The translations under genes were made by a program, and so were the position numbers. The notes beneath the pieces are model-generated. The model saw only the letters and a program-made list of their open reading frames with translations. It was not told the origin of the DNA and did no database searches. Positions 45,403 to 53,396 of a stretch of DNA of 64,000 nucleotides are shown here, piece by piece. This stretch comes from a virus, in the IMG/VR virus record IMGVR_UViG_3300050343_000215, positions 1 through 64,000 of that record; one strand, written 5' to 3'. The first letter of the stretch is position 1. Each line of letters begins with the position of its first letter.

Positions 45403-45608
45403 ATCAATTTAGATAACGAGATGAAGAGCAGGAATGCTAACATTATAACCACATCCCAGGATTTTGTCTTTATAAAGTAAGGAACTGAAATAAGATCCGC
45501 AATGAAGTGTGCGCCCACACCAACTAATACATTTACATGAAGGACGATGAAGTAGGCAACAATGACGAGAGCACTACCTATGATCCTTAAACGAACTACA
45601 TTTACCAT
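45399..45608 (-). CDS. Small membrane protein
   Basis: Two to three hydrophobic segments. Confidence 0.65.
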   Translation of the reverse strand: MVNVVRLRIIGSALVIVAYFIVLHVNVLVGVGAHFIADLISVPYFIKTKSWDVVIMLAFLLFISLSKLI

Positions 45609-46234
45609 TCAAGTGCTTCTGATACTGCAGGGAACTGTTCTTTGAAAACGTCACGAACACCTTCAGCAACAATCATATGTTCCTTCTGAGTGCCATGAGC
45701 GGACCTTAGATCAATATAATGTACCCATGACCGAACTGAGCCTGTCATGTAGATTTTTGTGGGCGTACAGAGTGGAAGCACATTTCTTGCACATTCCTTT
45801 GCCACACCTCGCTCTAGCATTTGTTGATACAATGCCATTGCCGAATCAAATAATGTCGTCATTTGGATTTCCATATTCTGGACATCAAATGCATCCAGAT
45901 CATCAATGGAATTCTGACGATTCTTGGTGTCCTGCCTACGGAGTTCTGGTAGGGGGATCTTCGGACCCAGTAAGGAACTATCAGCATAACGTTGGGAAAA
46001 TTCTTGGAATGTAAATGAACGGTGCCTCAGGATCTGAGCTGCGATTGCCCTAGTCGTTTCAATTTCAACAGTCATGTATGCCTGCTCAAAGATACTCCAG
46101 TGTTGATGCTTAATACAATACTTCAGAAGACCACTGAACTTCTCATTATCCTGGTTATTGGGGTTAGACACACGAGCACAGTATGCCATGTGTTTTTCGG
46201 CATCTGGGGTAACAGAGACAATCTTAACAGTCAT
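45602..46234 (-). CDS. thyX: Flavin-dependent thymidylate synthase
   Basis: HWSIFE, RHRSFTFQEFSQRY, KECARNVLP, HGTQKEH. Confidence 0.97.
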   Translation of the reverse strand: MTVKIVSVTPDAEKHMAYCARVSNPNNQDNEKFSGLLKYCIKHQHWSIFEQAYMTVEIETTRAIAAQILRHRSFTFQEFSQRYADSSLLGPKIPLPELRRQDTKNRQNSIDDLDAFDVQNMEIQMTTLFDSAMALYQQMLERGVAKECARNVLPLCTPTKIYMTGSVRSWVHYIDLRSAHGTQKEHMIVAEGVRDVFKEQFPAVSEALEW

Positions 46235-46267
46235 TCTACGATGAAACAATATGGAGTTATTTTAGCA

Positions 46268-46786
46268 ATAAAAAAGGAGGGCGTCAAGGGGGGTCAGTCA
46301 GAAATGATTCTACTTCATCGCAATCAAGAACATAGAATTGAGATGATTTGATTCCTCTGTTCAACATCTGCATGATCCTATGCTTACCATCAATCATTCT
46401 ATACCTGTTCCCATATGGATTAGGAGCACCTTCTACAATTATTCCTGGAATTGTTATGTCTGCATTAAGATATCTTAATGATGGTCTTTCTTCACAACAG
46501 AAACAATTCTCTCCAGTGTTATGTGGATGATGATGCTTCCCTAACCAAGCGATGTTGTGTAGTTCTACAGTTTGTATGTTGTCATGGGTAAGTAAATGAT
46601 AAATGTCTTTCATGCGAATGAAATGAAGTGTTCCTAGTTCTTCATTGGGTTTTGCCCACTCCCAATTACCTGTTGCTACGGTATACCATGCTTTATGACG
46701 CCTCCTTCCAGGAAATGGTTCTGGTGGTAATGTCAATTGTTCCTCATAGTTTTTTGCATCATAGCATAAAAAAGGAGGGCGTCAAG
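46268..46786. repeat. Exact 21-bp direct repeats flanking the ParB-like gene
   Basis: ATAAAAAAGGAGGGCGTCAAG at 46268-46288 and 46766-46786. Confidence 0.9.
46284..46736 (-). CDS. ParB/sulfiredoxin-like protein
   Basis: YRMIDGKHR motif preceded by PGIIV. Confidence 0.65.
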   Translation of the reverse strand: MTLPPEPFPGRRRHKAWYTVATGNWEWAKPNEELGTLHFIRMKDIYHLLTHDNIQTVELHNIAWLGKHHHPHNTGENCFCCEERPSLRYLNADITIPGIIVEGAPNPYGNRYRMIDGKHRIMQMLNRGIKSSQFYVLDCDEVESFLTDPP

Positions 46787-46800
46787 CCCTCCTCCACAAA

Positions 46801-46953
46801 TCAATCTGGATAACCGTCATCGTCATCCCCTACTTTATAATTATCTGTACTTTTATACAGATCTATATCGGAATATATTTCGCTTTCCAACGCATCTACA
46901 AGTAACTTTAAATTCGTAAGTATTAACTTTAGCCTATCCCTATCTACCTGCAT
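46801..46953 (-). CDS. Small cyanophage protein (50 aa)
   Basis: MQVDRDRLKLILTNLKLLVDALESEIYSD...DDDGYPD*; GGAGG RBS. Confidence 0.7.
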   Translation of the reverse strand: MQVDRDRLKLILTNLKLLVDALESEIYSDIDLYKSTDNYKVGDDDDGYPD

Positions 46954-46967
46954 GAAACCTCCATAAT

Positions 46968-46991
46968 AAAAAAAGGAGGGTTACCCCCTCC
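46968..46991 (-). terminator. Rho-independent terminator
   Basis: GGAGGG-GGTAA-CCCTCC followed by a T tract. Confidence 0.75.
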
Positions 46992-47014
46992 CGATTATTT
47001 ATACTACTGTAATA

Positions 47015-47182
47015 TCACTTACTGTAGGTGCGTCCACGATAACAAAATGTACCATGGGTTTGCTTACTCTCTACACAACGTGTATCATACTCAACACCAC
47101 GATATGAGGTGTGAAGAACTTGTGCGTCGTGAAGTGCAGATACTTTATTGATCTGCTTCTTGATCATGTTTAGCGTGTTCAT
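47015..47182 (-). CDS. DUF4278-like small protein (55 aa)
   Basis: Two YRG motifs (YRGVEY, YRGRTY); CAGGAG RBS; lies downstream of the riboswitch-like motifs. Confidence 0.75.
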   Translation of the reverse strand: MNTLNMIKKQINKVSALHDAQVLHTSYRGVEYDTRCVESKQTHGTFCYRGRTYSK

Positions 47183-47217
47183 TTAATTTACTCCTGAAAG
47201 TTAGGGTTTTTAATTCC

Positions 47218-47401
47218 CCGTTCCTTCAGTCGTGTGCGTCCCATGGATAACATTCAGGGGTTGATTCCTTCATGACCTCAATCAATTCCACCTTATATTC
47301 GGGAGGAATATTCTCATTTGTTCTCATCCGAATCATAATTGAATCGGCTTGAGCACAGCTGAGAGTTGAATAGAATAGTAATTCTAACATGGGATGAACG
47401 G
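47218..47401 (-). ncRNA. Second glutamine-II (Downstream-peptide)-like riboswitch with an ORF in the P2 loop
   Basis: CGTTCA-TCCCATG...CATGGGA-CGCACACGACTGAA-GGAACGG. Confidence 0.6.
47226..47390 (-). CDS. Small protein (54 aa) embedded in the riboswitch
   Basis: MLELLFYSTLSCAQAD...TPECYPWDAHD*. Confidence 0.7.
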   Translation of the reverse strand: MLELLFYSTLSCAQADSIMIRMRTNENIPPEYKVELIEVMKESTPECYPWDAHD

Positions 47402-47403
47402 CT

Positions 47404-47448
47404 CCGTTCCGCGACTTACTTGCGTCCTCCTTACGGGGGATGAACGAT
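47404..47448 (-). ncRNA. Glutamine-II (Downstream-peptide)-like riboswitch
   Basis: ATCGTTCA-TCC(hairpin)GGA-CGCAAGTAAGTCGC-GGAACGG; 5' CGTTC is complementary to 3' GAACG. Confidence 0.75.
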
Positions 47449-47454
47449 GGTAAC

Positions 47455-47500
47455 AGTGTACATTACTATTTAGTATATGTCAACTGTATAATGCAATACA
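47455..47500 (-). promoter_or_regulatory. NtcA box with sigma70 promoter and nested late promoter
   Basis: TGTA-N8-TACA 47485-47500; TTGACA-N17-TACACT 47483-47455; CTAAATA 47467-47473. Confidence 0.75.
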
Positions 47501-47502
47501 CT

Positions 47503-47700
47503 TTAATATTTTCTTAAAGTTTTAAGATGTTCTACGATGTTATCACGTACCCACATAAGTTCATGATAGCATTGTTGGTTATGAGCACACTGACGCAGTG
47601 CAGGATCTGGTTTCAATACACTCTCAATAAACAAATCTAGACCACGATTCCACTTTACTTCTTGAGATTCACTGCCATCAATAACATACTGATCTTTCAT
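47503..47700 (-). CDS. Cyanophage hypothetical protein
   Basis: KWNRGLDLFIESVLKPD...LRQCAHNQ. Confidence 0.75.
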   Translation of the reverse strand: MKDQYVIDGSESQEVKWNRGLDLFIESVLKPDPALRQCAHNQQCYHELMWVRDNIVEHLKTLRKY

Positions 47701-47936
47701 TAAATCATTCCTCGTTCTTTCATGTGGTGAAGGGTTTCTTTGAGGTTACCGAGATGCTTAGCACCAATGGCTACCTGTGGGTATGTAGCACCAGATCCAA
47801 ATTCTGCTTCAAATGCTCTTTGAGTAAAATGTTCGTTGAGGTTATACTCAAGAAATTCTCCACCCATAGACCTAAGTAGTGAAGCAATACGCTCACATTC
47901 TTGACTACCGTTTGTGTAGATTACTGCTGTGGTCAT
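47700..47936 (-). CDS. Glutaredoxin-like protein (SxxC)
   Basis: SQEC and TYPQV cis-Pro motif. Confidence 0.75.
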   Translation of the reverse strand: MTTAVIYTNGSQECERIASLLRSMGGEFLEYNLNEHFTQRAFEAEFGSGATYPQVAIGAKHLGNLKETLHHMKERGMI

Positions 47937-47939
47937 TTG

Positions 47940-48104
47940 TTATTTTTTAGCGTGATTGTATTCTATAACAATTTTTTCGTGCTTCGTATTTTTATCTGAG
48001 CAATAAAAATGTCTTACACTCTTAGCATTTAATAACTCAGCAACACTGTCTATTAAGTCTTTTGCAATAACTTTATTAGTTGCTTCTTTCCAGTCCTCAG
48101 TCAT
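47940..48104 (-). CDS. Small hypothetical protein (54 aa)
   Basis: MTEDWKEATN...HAKK*. Confidence 0.6.
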   Translation of the reverse strand: MTEDWKEATNKVIAKDLIDSVAELLNAKSVRHFYCSDKNTKHEKIVIEYNHAKK

Positions 48105-48307
48105 TCATCATCATCCATATTTTTAATTTTTTCTTCAAGTGTATCAAAAATACTATCCATAGATGTAATGTTTTCAATTTCACTGAGCAATCCAGAAATT
48201 TGCGTACAAACAACCGGGCGTTCATTTCTAGCAGCATATGCTAGTGCATTGCGTAAATTTCCTGACGCTTCATCAAGTGAAATTTTAACCGAATTAGATA
48301 GTGCCAT
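48101..48307 (-). CDS. Hypothetical protein
   Basis: Start at MALSNS. Confidence 0.65.
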   Translation of the reverse strand: MALSNSVKISLDEASGNLRNALAYAARNERPVVCTQISGLLSEIENITSMDSIFDTLEEKIKNMDDDE

Positions 48308-48506
48308 CAGGTCGTCCTCCAATTTTGTCCCACATTTCTTGTACCATATCTACTGCTGGTGGTGTTTCATAAGGTGGTGCTGGTTGTGATTGCCACTTAT
48401 CAATTGCTTCCTGTGTAGGCACAGCAATTCTAAATGGATAATCTTCCTCTTCAAACTCCTTATTCATATCAATATATGTTTGAGGAGTGATCTTAATTTT
48501 TTTCAT
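48294..48506 (-). CDS. Hypothetical protein
   Basis: 70-aa ORF coupled to its neighbours. Confidence 0.65.
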   Translation of the reverse strand: MKKIKITPQTYIDMNKEFEEEDYPFRIAVPTQEAIDKWQSQPAPPYETPPAVDMVQEMWDKIGGRPDGTI

Positions 48507-48802
48507 AATGTTCTATTTAATCTAGTTTCTGCTTGGTCTGGGAAGTCTCTGGGTCTACTATCAGTAGCATTATCAGTCTTAGGAGAACCTTCATTCGCCT
48601 TCATGGTGTGTTGATAGTTAGGTCGTGGGTATCTCATATAGAATGGATCAGGCATCCAGTATGTTACCTGCCATTCTTGTTCAGGACATAGCTCAAGATG
48701 CTTCTCTACACTATGGCAGAAACTACCGAGTTGAATGTATCCATCGTGAGTGATGCATTTGTTGTCGCCATTAGCAACTAAGAACATCATCTTACTACTC
48801 AT
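48503..48802 (-). CDS. Cyanophage hypothetical protein
   Basis: 99-aa ORF coupled to its neighbours. Confidence 0.7.
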   Translation of the reverse strand: MSSKMMFLVANGDNKCITHDGYIQLGSFCHSVEKHLELCPEQEWQVTYWMPDPFYMRYPRPNYQHTMKANEGSPKTDNATDSRPRDFPDQAETRLNRTL

Positions 48803-48945
48803 AGCACTTCTTGCTCTGGGTTAAGATTCTTGACGAATTGCACAGGATCCTTTTCGGACTTATGTACCCAATGATAACGCATCATCTCAAAAATAGGATC
48901 CCATGTCGCGACACAAACATAATCAGTCACGTTGCCTCCAGTCAT
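48799..48945 (-). CDS. Small hypothetical protein
   Basis: DYVCVATWDPIFEMMRYHWVHKSE. Confidence 0.55.
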   Translation of the reverse strand: MTGGNVTDYVCVATWDPIFEMMRYHWVHKSEKDPVQFVKNLNPEQEVL

Positions 48946-49237
48946 CAGGTTTGTCTCGTTGGAACCAATCTTTGATGTCATCAGCACTGTTGAACCCCGT
49001 TCTATGATTGGATGGATCGGGGTCTCCTAAACCCATCCTATTCAGAAAATCGTCAGTGCTTCCTTCTTCAATGTTTTGAGAAGCTTGGCGGCGTGCTTGC
49101 TTCAACCAATCCCTAGCAAGTGTATGTGCCTTTGCTAGTTTCTCTACCCAGATCATATCATCTAATTGCACTTCCTCCTTGTTTGCAATTTTTTTACAGA
49201 TAAATTCTAGTCGTAGTCTATATTTGGTAGAAAGCAT
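48923..49237 (-). CDS. Cyanophage hypothetical protein
   Basis: MLSTKYRLRLEFICKKIAN...DWRQRD. Confidence 0.75.
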   Translation of the reverse strand: MLSTKYRLRLEFICKKIANKEEVQLDDMIWVEKLAKAHTLARDWLKQARRQASQNIEEGSTDDFLNRMGLGDPDPSNHRTGFNSADDIKDWFQRDKPDDWRQRD

Positions 49238-49242
49238 ATTGT

Positions 49243-49443
49243 TTAGTCTCTAAAATCTAGTTTGAGTTCTAAGTCTTCTAATTTAAGATATTCAGCATGT
49301 GCTTTCTCTTGACGATCACACACAATACCAAGAATATCATTCATAATAGTATCATTATCAATATAATCATCCAGATACTTATCAATTGCTTCTTTTAAGT
49401 ATCTGTATCTGTGCCATTCTGGTGAATAGGGTTTGTAATCCAT
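49243..49443 (-). CDS. Hypothetical protein
   Basis: MDYKPYSPEWHR... Confidence 0.7.
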   Translation of the reverse strand: MDYKPYSPEWHRYRYLKEAIDKYLDDYIDNDTIMNDILGIVCDRQEKAHAEYLKLEDLELKLDFRD

Positions 49444-49450
49444 AATAAAA

Positions 49451-49687
49451 TCATTTCTTTGGGATATTGTAAAGTCTAGGACTTATTCTACCTTCACATT
49501 GAGTGATGTTTTTTAAATCACTCCGATAGTTATCCCAATAATGATCAAAAATATCAACTTGTTTTGATGACATAACAACATCAAACTTTGTGATAGTATC
49601 TTGAAGATATTCAACAATGAAAGCATTAGTTGGTAGAGTTCGTTCTTCTCTCACACTGGGATCGCAATCAGAATAGATTGTCTTCAT
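49451..49687 (-). CDS. Cyanophage hypothetical protein
   Basis: LPTNAFIVEY...FDHYWDNY. Confidence 0.7.
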   Translation of the reverse strand: MKTIYSDCDPSVREERTLPTNAFIVEYLQDTITKFDVVMSSKQVDIFDHYWDNYRSDLKNITQCEGRISPRLYNIPKK

Positions 49688-50121
49688 GCAGTACGACCTC
49701 CCCAATTAATCTGAGGAAATGCTTCAGTAACACATGCTCTAGTAATTTTGTATTTTTTACCCAGTTTCTTGTCCTTAACCAGACAGACAACGTTTGCATC
49801 ATCTTTATGAAGACCCTCAAGCAGTTGAATAAACATATTCTCACGCCTAGTTTGAGTTAGACCGTTATTGCCACCCTGGACAAAATTATAAAACAAACGA
49901 GACTCTTTCTCTAGTACAGTATGTTCAGTACCAATGGGTGCTTCATTTTTTTCATAAGGAACTTCACCAACTGGAAGTTCACTGATAACACTTTCATCAA
50001 AGTTCCAAATAAGAAGCATTCGGAGTCCATCACTATTATGTTCTTGGAGAAGTTTAATCTTCTCCGGTTTGGTTTTCGCGTTGCTTATTTTTTGCAGCAC
50101 TTCAGAAATTAAGAGTTTCAT
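49684..50121 (-). CDS. T4-like phage hypothetical protein
   Basis: MKLLISEVLQK...RENMFIQLLEGLH. Confidence 0.75.
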   Translation of the reverse strand: MKLLISEVLQKISNAKTKPEKIKLLQEHNSDGLRMLLIWNFDESVISELPVGEVPYEKNEAPIGTEHTVLEKESRLFYNFVQGGNNGLTQTRRENMFIQLLEGLHKDDANVVCLVKDKKLGKKYKITRACVTEAFPQINWGGRTA

Positions 50122-50140
50122 TTTAATAAATTAATTGTGT

Positions 50141-50353
50141 TTAGTCTTCATCGTCATCAACAACAAAACGAACAGAGTATAAGTCGGATGTAATTGGGTT
50201 GCCATTGTCATCAATCATCTCAGGATGATCAGACAATCTGTTCGTGACAATAGAGTTTTCATAATACTCTCTGCCCATCCAACCAAACCCAAATCCAACA
50301 GCACTGAACAGGATAATTAGGAATCCTGAGCAGAAAAGAGCTACTGAGATCAT
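50141..50353 (-). CDS. Small membrane protein
   Basis: N-terminal TM helix, HPEMIDDNG. Confidence 0.65.
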   Translation of the reverse strand: MISVALFCSGFLIILFSAVGFGFGWMGREYYENSIVTNRLSDHPEMIDDNGNPITSDLYSVRFVVDDDED

Positions 50354-50490
50354 TTGCTTTCTCCTGACTTTAAACTTTTGGTGGAGAACCAAAAATCAAG
50401 ATGGAAGTTGTACTCACGTCCCCATAACTTCAGAATTCTTTTGGAGGAAATTCTAAAATCAGGATCATGAGATCGCTTCCTCCTTGTCAT
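50350..50490 (-). CDS. Small basic protein (46 aa)
   Basis: MTRRKRSHDPDFRISSKRILKLWGREYNFHLDFWFSTKSLKSGESK*. Confidence 0.5.
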   Translation of the reverse strand: MTRRKRSHDPDFRISSKRILKLWGREYNFHLDFWFSTKSLKSGESK

Positions 50491-50503
50491 TGTTTCTACA
50501 CTT

Positions 50504-50776
50504 TTATTTAGTTTCATTTTTATACAAATAATCTAGAGCATCCTGCATATCACCAACATACTTTCCATCAAAATAAACTTGAGGAAAAACACATCGTTTC
50601 GCTACAGGAATGTCTGGTTCAAGTTTAAGATATTCAGTAAAGGACATACCTTCACCTTCACCTTCAACTAACCTACGAACCTTTACTTCAACAAAAGGAA
50701 TATAAGATTCCAGCAGTACAGTTTTGAGTGCATCACAATACTTACAATTACTGATGCTGTAAACTTTTACTTCCAT
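50504..50776 (-). CDS. Glutaredoxin
   Basis: CKYC active site, VFPQVYFDGKYVG. Confidence 0.85.
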   Translation of the reverse strand: MEVKVYSISNCKYCDALKTVLLESYIPFVEVKVRRLVEGEGEGMSFTEYLKLEPDIPVAKRCVFPQVYFDGKYVGDMQDALDYLYKNETK

Positions 50777-50927
50777 GTCTCAACTCCTCATAGTATTCCA
50801 GCAGTTCATCATCAGAAATTTCATTGTAATGCCCGCTAAAAAATTTAGCATTCAATACAGATAGACTCTCATCGTAGTCATCAAAAAGAATAAACTGAAT
50901 CTTCTTAATTAAGGATGAACGATCCAT
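50748..50927 (-). CDS. Small hypothetical protein (59 aa)
   Basis: MDRSSLIKKIQFILFDD... Confidence 0.5.
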   Translation of the reverse strand: MDRSSLIKKIQFILFDDYDESLSVLNAKFFSGHYNEISDDELLEYYEELRHGSKSLQHQ

Positions 50928-50960
50928 TGTAGAAACTGTATTGTGTTCTTATTTATTCTA

Positions 50961-51206
50961 TCAGTTAGGCGGTTTATTGTCAAGGTTTGCTGCAATAACT
51001 ACGGGATTTCTCAAAGCATTTTTGAGTTCCTTTCCTGCACGATCTAATGCCGATTTTAAATTCTTTGGCATTGTTTTTTTGTGTTCTGTTGGGTTGAATC
51101 CTTTTTTCATAAAAAACCTTTTGAGTGAAAAATTTGCCCGAATTTTTTTAGGGCGATTTTTGGAATTAAAAGTTGAATTTCGTTCAGACAGCGACATTAA
51201 AGACAC
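50961..51206 (-). CDS. Basic hypothetical protein (start uncertain)
   Basis: Lys-rich ORF filling the gap. Confidence 0.4.
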   Translation of the reverse strand: MSLMSLSERNSTFNSKNRPKKIRANFSLKRFFMKKGFNPTEHKKTMPKNLKSALDRAGKELKNALRNPVVIAANLDNKPPN

Positions 51207-51825
51207 TGATTACTCTAAGATTTCCTGGCGAAGGTGGTCTTATAGTATGTAAATACTTTCCATTAAAGATAAGCATCTTTCCAAACTCTGGTTCAGCTTC
51301 GTACTTAATTGGGAGAGGATCATTGTCCCAATCAATAGCATCATAGTCTATCACACCAGGATCAGTGTAATTATATTTACGACCTCTTGAATAAAATACT
51401 TCACCTTCTTCTGGTCGGTTTTCAGCATCAAAGATAACTGTGTTTCCATCAGACTCATTAAGATATAGTATTGTACTATAATGATCCATGGGATTGTCTA
51501 CATGGGGATCAAAGAAATCATATCCAGGAACATGATAGGTCATGTTTAAACATGCTCTAATGCATCCTTTATAATCTAAGTTTAAATCAGTGAAGGTATT
51601 ATCAACTATCTCATAAAAAAGATCAAAGAATTTTGATACTGGTTTATTATCTGACCTACCAAACATATTATGTGACATCTGTGGAAACTTAGCTGTCGTA
51701 GTTTCAGGAGTATAATACCACGGAACTATTCTTTTAGCCTTAGGATTCTTACATTCAATAAAATCATCACAAAATTTTCTAAGTTTATCAATGTCCCTAA
51801 TCTTAACTTCTACAAAATCAATCAT
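51184..51825 (-). CDS. 2OG-Fe(II) oxygenase
   Basis: DPHVD, ILYLNESDGNTVIF, FNGKYLHT, RVISVFN; start overlaps the carbamoyltransferase stop. Confidence 0.85.
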   Translation of the reverse strand: MIDFVEVKIRDIDKLRKFCDDFIECKNPKAKRIVPWYYTPETTTAKFPQMSHNMFGRSDNKPVSKFFDLFYEIVDNTFTDLNLDYKGCIRACLNMTYHVPGYDFFDPHVDNPMDHYSTILYLNESDGNTVIFDAENRPEEGEVFYSRGRKYNYTDPGVIDYDAIDWDNDPLPIKYEAEPEFGKMLIFNGKYLHTIRPPSPGNLRVISVFNVAV

Positions 51826-53335
51826 CAGAAAATACCTCGTCTCCAAATACTAGAGTATTAAGTTTAGTGTTGCACCATAGATCTAATGCATTCTCTTTAC
51901 GTGCAGCGATTGGTTTACCTCCTACGTTCAGTGATGTATTTAACAACATTGGAATACCAGTAAGAGATTCAAATTCTTCTATCAATGAATAGTATACCTC
52001 AAGATCTTGAGATACTGTCTGTGCCCTACAAGTGCCATCAACATGTGTAACTGGAGGATATAACTCCATGTCAATCATATCCATAACGTAAAGCATATAA
52101 GGAGATGGATGAGGAAAATCAAAGTAATTATGTGCTTTTTCTTCTAACACAGAAGCACCGAAAGGTCTGAAATATTCTCTATTTTTTACATTCTTATTAA
52201 TAATGTCCTTACCATCTGGGATAGAAGGATTCATTAGAATACTTCTATTACCTAGTGCTCTAGGTCCAACCTCTCCATGTCCCTGATACCAACCAACTAT
52301 CTCACCTTTCGCCAAACGCTCAGCAGTTTTCTTAATAGTTAATTTACTTGGGACTGTACTTGGTGCCTCATCATCTTCCCAAAAAGGAAATCCTGTAGTA
52401 TCAAATTCTTCCTGATCATAATATCTCCTGAGAAACTCAACTGCACCTAAAGATAATCCACAATCACTACAATGAGGTGCAACATTTAAGTTTGGTCTAA
52501 CCTTTATAATCTCGCTATTGATTACAGTATTTTGTGCGACACCACCTGTATATCCAATGACATCATCTTCATTTGTATATTCCAAGAAGGCATTAACATA
52601 TACCTTCTCAGAAATAGTATGAGCTTTAGATACCCAATCACAAATAGTTGGAAAGTGTTCGTTACTTTTTATTGATACAGTATTCCATGGAAAATCAAAC
52701 CATGCTGTCTGAAGATTCCTAAGATCATGCCTTAGTTTTTTAACCCCATGAATAGATCCATATGCTTTCATCCCCATAATTTTTCCTGCATGGTCTAAAG
52801 GATTGCCATTTATGTCTATGGACTGACCAACATCACTAAGAATCATTGCAAGACTTTGATAAGGAATAATTCCATTCCTTTTTTCCTGTTCTTTATACCT
52901 TACAACAATTTTATCATTCCTAAACACAGAAAAATTAACTTTATCATCACCAAATCCATCAGAAACCACACTGACAGTAGGTTTAATTCCCAATGGCCAT
53001 ACACTGAGGGCATGACAATAGTGATGATCAACTCTATAAATCGGACAATCAAATCCAAGAACACTAAAAATCTTTAATTTAATTTCATTAAATAAAGAAT
53101 CTTCAGCATACTCTAAAAAATGATGACTAAATTTATCAATAGAAATAGCAATTGCATCTAATTCTGAAGGATTAATACCCCACTTCCTAATAACTTGAAC
53201 CCAACTATTTAAATCTTTGAATCCATAGTGTTTATCTTGGATATTTCTTTCGCAGTGAGTATATTTTACCTTACTACCATCTGTGTAGGTGATATTAGAA
53301 TCATGATCGTCTAATCTAAGACCTATAAATTTCAT
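51818..53335 (-). CDS. NodU/CmcH-family O-carbamoyltransferase
   Basis: DDHDS, HHYCHA, SDGFGD, GKIMGMKAYG, GGVAQN, GPRALGNRS, KNREYFRPF, LNTSLN. Confidence 0.93.
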   Translation of the reverse strand: MKFIGLRLDDHDSNITYTDGSKVKYTHCERNIQDKHYGFKDLNSWVQVIRKWGINPSELDAIAISIDKFSHHFLEYAEDSLFNEIKLKIFSVLGFDCPIYRVDHHYCHALSVWPLGIKPTVSVVSDGFGDDKVNFSVFRNDKIVVRYKEQEKRNGIIPYQSLAMILSDVGQSIDINGNPLDHAGKIMGMKAYGSIHGVKKLRHDLRNLQTAWFDFPWNTVSIKSNEHFPTICDWVSKAHTISEKVYVNAFLEYTNEDDVIGYTGGVAQNTVINSEIIKVRPNLNVAPHCSDCGLSLGAVEFLRRYYDQEEFDTTGFPFWEDDEAPSTVPSKLTIKKTAERLAKGEIVGWYQGHGEVGPRALGNRSILMNPSIPDGKDIINKNVKNREYFRPFGASVLEEKAHNYFDFPHPSPYMLYVMDMIDMELYPPVTHVDGTCRAQTVSQDLEVYYSLIEEFESLTGIPMLLNTSLNVGGKPIAARKENALDLWCNTKLNTLVFGDEVFSDD

Positions 53336-53341
53336 ACCTAC

Positions 53342-53396
53342 AAAAAAAAGGGTCGTTACACCCTCTAATTATAACAGTTATTAAGTAGTTTGTCTA
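53342..53396 (-). promoter_or_regulatory. Sigma70 promoter overlapping a terminator
   Basis: TAGACA-N17-TATAAT, followed by AGGGT-GTAACG-ACCCT and a T tract. Confidence 0.7.

Noticed and set aside
50350-50490. Suspected frameshift in a small basic ORF
   Set aside because: Recounting the G4 run gives an intact 46-codon ORF with an ATGA overlap
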